64,000 nucleotides of DNA from the human T2T-CHM13v2.0 reference genome, Homo sapiens (GCF_009914755.1 NC_060945.1), one strand, 5' to 3'; counted from the first letter of the stretch, positions 1 through 11,756 are shown. Numbers and translations: made by a program. The notes: a model not told the origin generated them from the letters alone.

Positions 1-250
1 TGGAGCGCAGTGGTGTGATCACAGCTCACTGCAGCCTTGACCTCCTGTGCTCAAGCAATTCTCCTGCCTCAGCCTCCCAAGTAGCTGGGACCACAGGCAC
101 CACCGTGCCTGGCTCATATGTATCTATTGTACAGCCAGGGTCCCACTATGTTGCCCAGGCTGGTCTCGACCTCCTCTATTCAAGTGATCCTCCCGCCTCA
201 GCCTCCCAAAGTGCTGGGACCACAGGCGAGAACCATTGTGCCTGGGCTGA
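1..250 (-). mobile_element. AluJ-like (partial)
   Basis: Antisense Alu sequence. Confidence 0.85.
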
Positions 251-564
251 CATAGGTGTTTTCTAGAACAAGACAGTGGGGGTGATACAAGGGGTCTTGG
301 GGGAGTATACACTTATACAGTGGTCAGGGTGGGCTCTGCAGACACATTTGGGTCTCCGTCTGTGGTGCCGCCGTGAGCGAGATCTTAGAAGGCAGCGGAC
401 ACCCCGGCCCTGTTGGAGGAGGCCAAAGCCCCGGGAACTGCCCGTGAAGTGAGGTCTCCCTACCTGGCTCAGCCCAGCCAACCACCGTGCTCTCCAGCAA
501 CTCAGCCCCAACAGCTGCTTCCTGCTTTGCGGCAGGAGGCCTGGGGTCCCCCGGGCCCCCCTAC

Positions 565-703
565 CTGGAGGTCTGACCGGCAGGCCAGGTTCCCACACCG
601 GGCCAGTTCCTGCAGCGCCGGCCACAGCGAGGCCACCGTCTCCGCCAGCGTCAGCGGCACAGAGACTGCCCGCCTCAGACCCTCCTGTAGGGCCGCCGTG
701 CGC
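565..703 (-). CDS. FTCD: FTCD exon 12 (RTAALQEGL...CRSDLQ); the gene continues left of the window
   Basis: 139 nt, ctttcag acceptor, GTAGG donor; cumulative CDS 1443 nt with no stop. Confidence 0.95.
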
Positions 704-936
704 CTGAAAGGAGCAAGAGGAGAGCCTGAGCACAGCGGCACACACAGGCAGGCAGTGGACACACTGCACCCCAACAGGGCTGAGCAGGCTGCAGAAGCGG
801 GCGATGGGAAGTCATTCCCAAACACCCAGCACGCCCAGGCCAACCACGCCCCGTCACAGCACCCAGGTACTCGGGATCCTGGCCACCAACTCCCCAGACA
901 CAGAGGCCCACGGTGCGGCCGGCCCTCCAGGCTCAC

Positions 937-980
937 CTGTCCTTTTCCTCAGGTGTGTTCTTGGGGAGCCTCATTGCTTC
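937..980 (-). CDS. FTCD: FTCD exon 11 ([15 protein letters not shown])
   Basis: 44 nt, ggcag acceptor, GTGAG donor; phase fits exons 10 and 12. Confidence 0.94.
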
Positions 981-2175
981 CTGCCATAAAGAGACAGAAC
1001 CACTGGGCGAGGGACCGTAGGGGGAGCAGCCATGCCCTCTGAGCTCCCACAAGGGGCTGTAGCAAGGAGCATGTCCCAGGCAGGGACCAGTTCTCTGGGA
1101 ACCAAGCTTCTGTTGGGCCAGTGGTTTATAGCCCTTAGCATCAGGCTTGGTGGAGGAGCAGGGTAGGGGGGGTCGGGGCACACAGCAGATGGTCAGAGAC
1201 CCGGGGATGTGAGAAGCAGGTAGTTCCCTCAGGGCCCTTATTCTCAGCTAAAGAGCCTGAGGGCCCAGGAGGTCCCCTGAGCCCTCAGAACCTGTAGGCA
1301 GGAGTGGCTCTGGGCCTGTGTCTCCAACACAAGCAGCTGCACCGCCCCCAAGCCTGGGCATAAGAGGCTCAGACTGTGCAGAAGGACCAAGAGCAAACCT
1401 CAAAGCCCCTCATGTCCCTGCCCCGGTCACAGGCACTGGCCTTTCCTAGGTGCTCATGTGTGTAGCTCACGGCGTCACCGTAAGGCACTCGGCTCCTCGG
1501 ACCCACCCCGTGTGGAAGAGCATAGCTGGGACCACACACCAACCTTCCAAGGACCCACTGGGAGCCCTACTCACACGGACTGTGGCCAGAGCCCTGGCCA
1601 AGGGGTTCTCAGTGGGGAATATGCTCACTTCATCTTGGAAGATTCAGCCAACTCTCCACCAGAAAGTCATCATCAACAGCCCCTACCCTCGACCATGGAT
1701 GAGAGCAAATGCTCCCTGGGCGCCAGCCAGATCTGGATCCTTTGACCATTCCGACAGCAGTGATCGAGGAACAGAAATGCCCAGTGTCTCCCTGACTGGC
1801 TGGGGCATCATCCAGACCAGGCCTCCTGGCTGCAGCCCCTCTCCCAGGCTGTCCTCTGCACAAGGGTCTGTAGCAGTTGCAGGCGGAGGCAGGACAGCCA
1901 TCCTCAAGCTGCGACTCGCGCTACGAACACTCTCTCACACCCAGGCCTTGCGGTGTCCATGGTCTCCCTGGGCAGATCTTGGCCAAGGGTGTGCTTTAGG
2001 TGGCCTCATCTGCGTCCGGCCGAGGCCTGCCCGCCCGGTCCGTTTTGTTTTCTGTGATTTATCGTGAGGCTTGGTTGTGTTGGTGATGGGGAAATACAGT
2101 TTTCTATTCCATCTGGAAATTACTTATGTATTTGGTGCAAGGTACAGATATCTCCTTATGTTTTTCAAAAGTCGA

Positions 2176-3363
2176 CCTTTGCATTGCTCAGAGGGAGCAT
2201 AAACCAATCCAGCACTCCCCGTCCACCTTCACATTGCTCACAGGGAGTGTACACCAACCCAGCACTCCCCGTCCACCTTCACGTGCCTCACAGGGTGCGT
2301 AAACCAATGCAGCACTCCCCATCCACCTTCACATTGTTCACAGGGAATGTAAATCAACCCAGCCCTCCCCGTCCACCTTCGCATTGCTCAGAGGGAGTGT
2401 AAACCAACCCAGCACTCCCCCGTCCACCTTCACGTGGCTCACAGGGAGTGTAAACCAATCCAGCACTCCCCGTCCACCTTCACGTGGCTCACAGGGAGTG
2501 TAAACCAATCCAGCACTCCCCGTCCACCTTCGCGTGGCTCACAGGGAGTGTAAACCAACCCAGCACTCCTCGTCCACCTTCACATTGTTCGCAGGGAATG
2601 TAAATCAACCCAGCCCTCCCCGTCCACCTTCGCATTGCTCAGAGGGAGTGTAAACCAACCCAGCACTCCCCGTCCACCTTCACGTGGCTCACAGGGAGTG
2701 TAAACCAATCCAGCACTCCCCCGTCCACCTTCACGTGGCTCACAGGGAGTGTAAACCAACCCAGCACTCCTCGTCCACCTTCACGTGGCTCACAGGGAGT
2801 GTAAACCAATCCAGCACTCCCCGTCTGCCTTCACATTGCTCACAGGGAGCGTAAACCAACCCAGCACTCCTCGTCCACCTTCACATTGTTCGCAGGGAAT
2901 GTAAATCAACCCAGCCCTCCCCGTCCACCTTCGCATTGCTCAGAGGGAGTGTAAACCAACCCAGCACTCCCCGTCCACCTTCACGTGGCTCACAGGGAGT
3001 GTAAACCAATCCAGCACTCCCCGTCTGCCTTCACATTGCTCACAGGGAGCGTAAACCAACCCAGCACTCCCCGTCCACCTTCACGTGGCTCACAGGGAGC
3101 GTAAACCAATCCAGCACTCCCCGTCAGCCTTCACATTGCTCACAGGGAGCGTAAACCAATCCAGCACTCCCCGTCTGCCTTCACATTGCTCACAGGGAGC
3201 GTAAACCAATCCAGCACTCCCCGTCCACCTTCACGTGGCTCACAGGGAGTGTAAACCAATCCAGCACTCCCCGTCTGCCTTCACATTGCTCACAGGGAGC
3301 GTAAACCAATCCAGCACTCCCCGTCCACCTTCACGTGGCTCACAGGGAGCGTAAACCAATCCA
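2176..3363. repeat. 50-bp VNTR, ~24 copies, FTCD intron 10
   Basis: Unit CACAGGGAGTGTAAACCAATCCAGCACTCCCCGTCCACCTTCACGTGGCT. Confidence 0.97.
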
Positions 3364-3559
3364 CTGATTTCGACCACTGATGCCTAGCACAGTCTCACTG
3401 TCCCCGCTCATGGTTCTCTAAACCACACGTCTTGTTTCCTTCCTGTCCCTTGATTACATTTTCATCTATGTACTTTTCCTACTTGTTTTTTAATTATTCA
3501 CCTTATTTTAAATTTCTAAACATAAAATTGTTCCTATGTTTTATATACATATGTTTACA

Positions 3560-3853
3560 TTAGAGACAGGGTGTCGTTCTGTTGCCCAGGCTAGAGTGCA
3601 GTGGTGCAATCACGACTCACTGCAGCCTCAAACTCCTGGCCTCAAGCTACCCCCACTTAAGCCTCCTGAGTAGCTGGGACCACAGGTACCTGCTACCACG
3701 CCTGGCTTTATTTTTTTTTTTTCTTTTTGGGTGGGTAAATACAGGGTCTTGGTGTGTGGTCTAGGCTGGTTTCAAACACCTGAGCTCAAGGGATTTGCCC
3801 ACCTTGGTTTTCCAAAATGCTAGGATTACAGGTGTGAGCTATCATGCCTGGCC
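3560..3853 (-). mobile_element. AluJ-like
   Basis: Diverged full-length antisense Alu. Confidence 0.85.
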
Positions 3854-4572
3854 TATTTCTAATATTTATACTTAAATTCATGACTGTCTTCAAATGCCTG
3901 TCCGGGTCTAAAGTTCATCAACCCATTAAAGTATAGAAAAGATCATCTTGTTCTGGGGAGGCCATTTGAACTGTGATACAAGACCCAAAAAATATAAAGT
4001 CAGGATTGACACATTCCACGACATAAAGATTAAGAGTCATTGTCAGAAGCCCCACACGCAAAGTCCAAAGACGAACAACAAACGGGGAAAGCTGAGCCCA
4101 GAACAAGGCCTGCCTCCCCTATTAAAAAAAAAAAATACTAGAAGGCAGCGAAAGCCCCAAGAGAAACTAAGATAAAAGGAGTCAAAAAATATTCACCAGA
4201 TAACTTCCTGGAAAAGAAGTAAAAACCACTGCTAAATGTACGGAACATGCTTAACCTGCCCGGTAATGAGAAGCGCATCCCAGAAAGCAGGGTTCTGCAA
4301 GCAGGTGTTGGGTGCCCTGGGCCCCCCCGGGGAGGGGGGTGCTTCCCCCAGTGGAAAACCCAAGGGGCCAGGCTGGGAGCGGGCGGGGCTGTGTGCGAGG
4401 GGAAGGAAAGGCGGAGCTCTGAGGCAGCAAGAGAGGCGAGCACTGGGCGGGCTGTGGCGAAGGCGGGGTGAACCCCCGAAGGGCCTATCTACTGTAAAAA
4501 GTAAATAAATAAAACCTGAATTTTTAAAATGACTGGAAACGGTGATCAGCGTCTACACCTCCCTGCAAACAG

Positions 4573-5453
4573 TGTGTCCGGAATTGGTTCCTTCTGATGT
4601 TCAGATACGTCCGGAGTTTCTTCCTTCTGGCGGGTTCGTGGTCTTGCCTGACTTCAGGAGTGAAGCCGGAGACCTTCTCAGTGAGCTCTTACAGGTGGCG
4701 CGTCGGGAGCTGTTTCTTCCTCCCGGTGAGGCCGCAGACCTTCACAGTGAGCCATAAGCTCTTACAGGTGGCGCGTCGGGAGCTGTTTCTTCCTCCCCGT
4801 GAGGCCGCCGACCTTCACAGTGAGCGTTAAGCTCTTACAGGTGGCGCGTCGGGAGCTGTTTCTTCCTCCCCGTGAGGCCGCCGACCTTCGCAGCGAGTGT
4901 TACAGCTCTTACAGGTGGCGCGTAGCACAGCTGTTAGCTCCTCCCGGTGGGTTGGTGGTCTCGCTGACTTGAGGAGTGAAGCTACACACCTTGGCAGTGA
5001 GTGTTACAGGTCGTAAAGGTAGCGAAGGCCCAAAGAGTAAGCAGCAGCAAGATTTAGTTCGAAGAGCAAAAGAACAAAGCCCCCACAGCTTGGAACAGAA
5101 CCCGCCACGGTTGGCGCTTGCTGGTTTCGGTGGCCAGCTTTTATGCCCTTATTTGGCCCCGCCCACATCCTGCTGATTGGTCCACTTTACAGAGTGCTGA
5201 TTGGTCCATTTTACAGAGTGCTGATTGGTCCGTTTTTAAAGAGTGCTGATTGGTGCGTTTACAAACCTTTAGCTAGACACAGAGCACTGACTGGTGCGTT
5301 TTTACAATACTTTAGCTAGACAGAGAAGTTCTCCAAGTTCCCACCCCAGTAGCTAGACACAGTGCTGACTGGTGTGTTTACAAACCTTTAGCTAGACAGA
5401 AAAGTTCTCCAAGTCCCCACCAGACCCAGAAGCCCAGCCAGCTTCACCTCTCC
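4573..5453 (-). mobile_element. Solo LTR12 (ERV9), sense to FTCD, in intron 10
   Basis: Minus strand begins GAGAGGTGAAGC and ends ACCAATTCCGGACACA; tandem ACCAATCAGCAC boxes; ~70-bp U5 repeats; 4-bp TSD ACAG at 4569-4572 and 5454-5457. Confidence 0.9.
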
Positions 5454-5791
5454 ACAGGACCAGAACGGGACCCTCAGGCGACTCCCTCTGCAAATCCGGG
5501 ACTGTTTATCCGAGGCCCTCATCTTGGCTCCCTCTGTGCCTGTGTGTGGATTCCACGTGCATTTGGGGCCTGCCTTTCTCACCCAGCCTTGTAAGGTAGA
5601 CTTCCCAACTTAGGGCTGGGGGTCTTGTGGCCCTCCCAGAAACACAGGCGCCCCCACCGCCCTGCTCCAGAGGCTGGGGCACATGTTTCTCTCTCCCTCC
5701 CTCCCACTCTGTCCCTCCCTGTCTCTCTCCCCACCTCCCTCTCTCCCCACTCCCCTCCCTCTCTCCCTACCCCCCCTCCCCATCTCCCTCT

Positions 5792-6768
5792 TGTGGGCGG
5801 CAAGCCAGCCAGGTGCCCAGGCAAGAGACCGAGGGCACGAGCTGTTTTAGTACAATAAAATATATAAAATAACAAGAGTTGTACTAGATATAGATCATAG
5901 ATATGATTATATATAATTATTAATCATTAGTTTGTAGCAATTACTCTTTAACATTATAATAATCTTTGCTCTGCAATCATAACCTAGGAAAAACCAGGCC
6001 ATACACAGATAGGAGTTGAAGGGGCACGCTAAAAAGTGACCAAAAAACGAGTGTGAGCTCTTTGTCAGGCCTGGGCAGGGCCACTAGAGGGCTCCTTGGT
6101 CTAGCGGTAAGGCCAGCGTCTGGGAAGGCGCCCGTTACCAAGCGGAGCATGGTCTATGGTAGTGTCAGTGCCAAAGAAAAGCATCCGCTACTTAGCAGAT
6201 CGGAAAAGGCAGTCTCCCTTTCTCCAGGGGAGTTTGAAGAAGACTCTGGTCCACCACCTCTTGTAAAGGGCCCACCCGCAGTTATCCCGAGGCCTAATCG
6301 TCTCCCTGTGATGCTGTGCTTTAGAGCTCATGCTCCTGTTTCACTTTTATGTTCCACTCTGTACACCTGGCTCCGCCCTCTAGATAACAGTAGCAAACTT
6401 AGTAAAAGTATTAGTCTTTAATCTTTCTAAAAAGAGGATTAAAAAAAATGATGTGAGCTGTCCTCTCTCTCTCTGCCTCAGCTACCTAACAGGGAAGGGG
6501 CCCCTGTGCGGTGGACATGTGACTCACGTGACCTTATCAATCATTAAAGATGACTCACACTCTTTACCCTGCCTCTTTTGCTTTGTATCCAATAAATAAC
6601 AGCGCAGCCAGGCATTCAGGGCCACTACCGGTCTCCGTGTCTTAGTGGTAGTGGTCCCCCGGGCCCAGCTGTCTTTTCTTCTCTTTGTCTTGTGTCTTTA
6701 TTTCTATAATCTCTCATCTCTACACACGGGGAGAAAAACCCACAGACCCTGTAGGGCTGGCCCCTACA
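5792..6768 (+). mobile_element. Solo LTR13 (HERV-K/HML-4 class)
   Basis: Begins TGTGGGCGGCAAGCC, ends GGCCCCTACA; AATAAA at 6591; CCTCT on both flanks (5787-5791, 6769-6773). Confidence 0.85.
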
Positions 6769-7915
6769 CCTCTCTCCCCTCTCTCCCTCTCTCTCCCTCC
6801 CTCTCTCTCCACCTACCTCTCTCCCCCCTCCCTCCCTCCCCTCTTTCCCCCTCTCCCTCTCTCCCCTCTCTCCCCCCTCTCCCCCCTCTCCCTCCCCTTT
6901 CCCCCCTCTCCCTCCCCTTTCCCCCCTCTCCCTCCCTCCCCTCTCTCCCCCCTCTCCCTCCCCTTTCCCCCCTCTCCCTCCCTCCCCTCTCTCCCCCCTC
7001 TCCCTCCCTCCCCTCTCTCCCCCCTCTCCCTCCCTCCCCTTCCCCCCTCTCCCTCCCTACCCTCTCTCCCCCCTCTCCCTCCCTCCCCTCACCCCCCTCC
7101 CTCCCCTCTCTTCCCTCTCCCCCTCTCTCTCCCTCCCTCTCCCTCCCCCTCCCTCCCTCTCCCTCTCTCCCCCCTCCCCCTCTCCCTCTTTCTCCTTCCC
7201 GCTCCCTCTCCCCTTTCTCCCTCTCTCTCCCTCCCCCTTTCTCCTTCCCGCTCCCTCTCTCCCCTTTCTCCCTCTCTCTCCCTCCCCCTCCCTCTCTCCC
7301 CTCTCTCCATCCTCCCCTCTCTTCCTCCCTGTCTCCCCCTCTCCCCCCCCTCCTTCTCTCCCCCCTCTCCCTCTCCCCCCTCCCTCTCTCCCCCTGCCCT
7401 CTCCCCCTCCCTCTCTCCCCCCTCCCCCTCTTCCCCTCCCTCTCTCCCCCTCCTTCTCCCTCTCTCCCCACCTCCTTCTCCCTCTCTCCCCCCCTTTCCC
7501 TCCCTCTCCCTCTCTCTCCCTCCCTCTCCCTCTCCCCCCTCCCCCCTCTCCCTCTCCCCCCTCCCTCTTTCCCCCCTTTCCTTCCTCCCCTCTCTCCCAC
7601 TCTCTGTCCCCCTCTCCCTGTCTCCCCCCTTTCCCTCCTCCCCTCTCCCTCCCTCTCTCCCCCTCTCCCTCTCTCCCCTTTTCCCCCTCCCTCTCTCCCC
7701 CCTCCTCCCTCTGTCTCCCTCCCTCTCTCCCTCCCTCTCCCTCTCTCTCTGTCTCTCCCCCTCCCTCTCTCCCCCTCTCCCTCTCCTCCCCCTCCCTCCC
7801 TCCCCATCCCTCCCTCCCTCTCTCTCTCCGCCATCTGCCTCTCTCCCCACTCTCCCTCTCTTCTCTCTCCCCTCCCTCTCTCTCTCTTTTCTGCCCTTCC
7901 CTCCTGTCCTCTCCT
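6769..7915. repeat. ~1.1-kb near-pure polypyrimidine (CT-rich) tract; a shorter piece at 5690-5790
   Basis: Almost only C and T on plus. Confidence 0.97.
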
Positions 7916-8556
7916 GGGCTGGAACTGCTTGGGAGCATCCTGACCTTGTCACTGCCCTTTCCCAGGCTCTCTGGCCCCTGCCCTAGGCTCTGAGCACCCA
8001 GCACCCATCTGTGGGCACATCCTGCCAGCTGATGCTCATGTTCCTGTCCCGTTTGGAGGGAGGTGGGGTCACTGCCTGCCTGAGTGGGTGTTATCTGAAG
8101 ATGGTGTTTCTGTCTTATGCTGTGGCTGAAACGGGTCGTCTCTGGCCTGCCTGAGAGCACTCATCACTGTGTTCCTGAGATTCTTGCAGGCCTCCTTTCC
8201 TGGAATTGCAGGCTTCTAAAGAAGGGCCCTGCCTTGCTCCAGGTCTGTGGGGTCCCCCAAGCCTGGGCTCCTGGCTCCCCTGCTGGGAGGGGCCTGTTCC
8301 CTTGTACCGGCTGCCATGGCCTGTGAATGTGGGGTCACCCTGGCCGAACCCTCAAACCCTGCTGGGCCCAAGCACTTGCCGGGGTGAGGGCGGTGCTGGT
8401 GGTCAAGGTCCAGACAGCGGCCAGTGGTGACGCCCTCAGGCCCCTCCTGGTCCCCAGCCCCTCCCCAGCCGGAGGCTGACCCGCTTCTCACTGGGGCCCC
8501 AGCTGGGGGTTCGCTGTTGGTGGGGCCCGGGGAGCCCTGCTGTGGCCGCCACTCAC

Positions 8557-8718
8557 CAGGTAGGCGGTGAAGGCCTCGGCGTCGGCATCCACCAGCGTGG
8601 TTAGCTTGGCCGAAGCCTCGCGGAAGGGCGGGATCAGGCGCCGCATCGTCGTGTCCAGGGACTGGAATTGGCGCCGCCCGTAGGTCATGAGGCCCACCAT
8701 GGAGCCCAGCGCCGCACC
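8557..8718 (-). CDS. FTCD: FTCD exon 10 ([12 protein letters not shown]...[11 protein letters not shown])
   Basis: 162 nt, AG/GT; cyclodeaminase DxDxxAF motif. Confidence 0.96.
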
Positions 8719-8859
8719 CTGCGAGAGGGGTGGATGTGGGGGTCGCAGGGACCCCAGACGGCCCGGGACCGACCCCAGGAAGAGCCAGGGGCCCGGGTGA
8801 TCCCTGCGGGGGTCCCACCCGTGTGGCCCCCACGTCTCCACCCAGGGCGGCCCCACCGC

Positions 8860-9225
8860 GCCCTCCCCACCCCGTGCCCTCCCCCCAACAGCGCCCTTCC
8901 CCCTCCCCGCCCTCCCCCCAACAGCGCCCTCCCCCCAACAACTGCGCCCTCCCCTTCCCCCTCCCCGCCCTCCCCCCAACAGCGCCCTCCCCCCAACAAC
9001 TGCGCCCTCCCCTTCCCCCTCCCCGCCCTCCCCCCAACAGCGCCTTCCCCCCACCCCGCGCTCCCCCCAACAGCGCCCTCCCCCCAACAGCGCCCTCCCC
9101 CCAACAGCGCCCTCCCCCCAACAACTGTGCCCTCCCCTTCCCCCTCCCCGCCCTCCCCCCAACAGCGCCGTTCCCCCTCCCCGCCCTCCCCCCAACAACT
9201 GCGCCTCCCCTGCCCCTCCCCCCGC
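8860..9225. repeat. C-rich VNTR in FTCD intron 9
   Basis: Recurrent GCCCTCCCCCCAACA(G/ACT)GC units. Confidence 0.93.
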
Positions 9226-9231
9226 GCTCAC

Positions 9232-9361
9232 CATGGCCGCAGCGGCCGCCGCCACCGAGCCGCCCCCGGGGGCCGCAGAGCGGGCACCCACCTCCCCCAC
9301 GAAGGCGCGCAGGGACTTGCTGCCCAGGCCTCGCTCAGGCCCGCGCTCAGGGACCAGGTAC
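9232..9361 (-). CDS. FTCD: FTCD exon 9 (YLVPERG...[14 protein letters not shown])
   Basis: 130 nt, AG/GT; PGGGS motif at the start of the cyclodeaminase domain. Confidence 0.96.
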
Positions 9362-9679
9362 CTGCAGGGTGGGCGCGGCTCAGCGGGTCTGGCCGGGGTT
9401 GGTGGGGGGAGCGCAGTCCTCCCGGGGCGGCCCCAGGCCCCACGCCCGTCTGCACCCACGGGGAGGTGACCACTCGGCTGAGAACCTGCGGGGACCCGGC
9501 CGGGGTCTCTGTGCCCCCCTCAGCCCCCAGACCCCGGCTTGGCGCAGGCCGAGTAGGCGCCCAAAGGGAGGCGCTGGGAGGACTCAGCCGGGTCTCCACG
9601 CAGGGACCCCAGCGCCCCGCAAGGCCCGAGAGGCAGAGCCCGGGAGGGGTGAGAAGAGGGCGGGAGGGCAGAGGCTCAC

Positions 9680-9741
9680 TCGATGATCCGCTCCTTAGGG
9701 CTGAAGGGGCACAGGGAGTCCAGGCCCAGCCGGCTCACCAC
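9680..9741 (-). CDS. FTCD: FTCD exon 8 (VVSRLGLDSLCPFSPKERIIE)
   Basis: 62 nt, ttttccag acceptor, GTGAG donor. Confidence 0.96.
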
Positions 9742-11070
9742 CTGGAAAAGGGGCTTGGAGTGGAAACGGCCTCGGCGCGTCTCCACCACCAGGAAAGCCT
9801 CGGAACCCGCGGGTCCCACCCTTGCGGCAGCCGCCCCCTGCCCCGAGCACACAGGTGCTTTTGCGGGGAGCAGGGCAGGGGCGTGGCTGGCACCCCCCAC
9901 CTCTGCCCCGCCAGGAGCCCTGTGGGCCCCGCCCCAGCAGGCACCCCGTACAGGCTTCTGGAAACAGCCATCACCCTGAGTTGCCCTTGGGGAACCTGAG
10001 GCCCAGAGAAAGGAGTTGCCCCCTGGGGACCCCTCAGCAAACTGCTGCTCATGCTTCGCCGCCCCCCAGCACCACTGCCCCATCGCTGACGGGCGGGAAA
10101 GATTTTAATTCACCAAGTCTTCACATCTAACAAGTCCTCAAAAGCTGAGGAACAGCCCCAAGTCACCCACACATAAACTTGTATGCCACAAAAGTGAGTT
10201 TTACCTAAATTCAAAATAAAGTTGTGACAGTCCCATTTAAGATTAGAATTCATTCTGGGAAACCCATTCAGAACACGTTGGCTATGCGACCCCCACCCCA
10301 CCCCACAGAGACGGACAGCAGCCGGGCGGGGTGGAGAGTGCCTCCCCGTGGCATAGAACCAGCAAGCCACAAGGCAAAGCCTCCTTCCGCAGAAAACCCC
10401 AGGAAGATGCCGGGCATTTTAAAGGCCTGGCTAAGCTAGCAGACAGGACATCATTCGAAACCAGACACGACCAGAAAGACGAGTCCGGAAAGGCCTGCCA
10501 GCCTGGAGCTGGGTCTGCCCTGGGGGCAACTGCCCCTCTCTGGCAGCCCCTGATGAGTGGGGGAGGTCTGGGGCCTTCAGAGTGGGGTCCGACTGGAGAC
10601 CCCTGGAAGGTGACACCCCCAAGGATGAATTAGAAACAGCCACCCGCCAGAGGAAACAGTTGAGGTACTTCCCAGTCCCTGCCTTCCCTTTGGGTGAAGC
10701 AGGAAAAAAAAAAAAAATCTCCTGGGAATTCCTAATCACAAGCCACCCTGACAGGGCTGCAGGCCTCACCCGACACCGAATTCACTCTTGTGTGGTTCCA
10801 GAACTCCAAGCCAAAAACTCAGCTTCAGGGGGTCCTGTGAGGCAGTGTCCACAAGCGCCAGCACAAACCCTCCTTGGAGGAGAAAACTTTGAACCCAGGT
10901 GTCCAAGAATTACCATAGATAAAATTCCACAGAGCATGCACTGGCAATCAAAAATCACACAACACAAAGCAAAGCAGCCTCACCACAAGGAGGCAGCACG
11001 CAGCCACGGGCACAGCCAGACCTGTGCAGGCCGCAGGCATGGGGCCCTTCAGGTAAAGAAGACAAAACCC

Positions 11071-11376
11071 CAGCCAGTCACGGTGGCTCACGCCTGTAAT
11101 CCCAGTGCTTTGGGAGGCTGAGGCGGACGGATCACGAGGTCAGGAGTTCAAGACCAGCCTGGCCAAGATGGTGAAACCCCGTCTCTACTAAAAAAAAAAA
11201 ATACAAAAATTAGCCAAGTGCGGTGGCACACGCCTGTAATCCCAGCTACTCGAGAGGCTGAGGCAGAGAACTGCTTCAATCCGGGAGGTGGAGGTTGCAG
11301 TGAGCCGAGATCACACCACTGCACTCCGGCCTGGGTGACAAAGTGAGACTCCATCTCAAAAAAAAAAAAAAAAAAA
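11071..11376 (+). mobile_element. AluS
   Basis: Full length with A-tail; TSD AAGAAGACAAAAC. Confidence 0.92.
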
Positions 11377-11756
11377 GAAGAAGACAAAACGCCACACTGG
11401 AAAGCAGACGGGGCCTCACACATAAGAAGACAAGGAAATGTGGAGAAGCGACAGCTGCTGCTTAGACAGAAAGGATGACGTTGGAATGCTGTCACTGGCT
11501 CCTAAAACTCTGGAATTTCAGTAATAAACAGGTATTTACCTACTCAATACTTTAAACACCTTCAAGTACTCCCCACAACGTATTAATTGCAAAAGGAAAA
11601 ATAGTAACATTGCAGTGAAGGGTCCAGGAGGAAGGGGGTCGCCTTGGCAAGTGACGGGTCCACGTCGGCACCCTGAGAAAATGAGCATCATGGGGAGTCG
11701 GCGTCTCTGAGGAGGACACAATACCATCTATGCTTTTCCTGCCAAAAATGCGTAAC

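Larger units (their letters stand above)
8400..9900. promoter_or_regulatory. Intragenic CpG-rich region over FTCD exons 8-10
   Basis: Visibly high GC and CpG density; boundaries approximate. Confidence 0.65.

Noticed and set aside
6769-7915. PRDM9 degenerate-motif matches in the CT tract
   Set aside because: Expected by chance in C-rich low-complexity DNA, unlike the specific CCTCCCTNNCCAC match in the 39-bp VNTR
6645-8160. Pro/Ser/Leu-rich and Gly/Arg/Glu-rich ORFs of 290-430 aa
   Set aside because: Low-complexity CT tract is stop-free by composition
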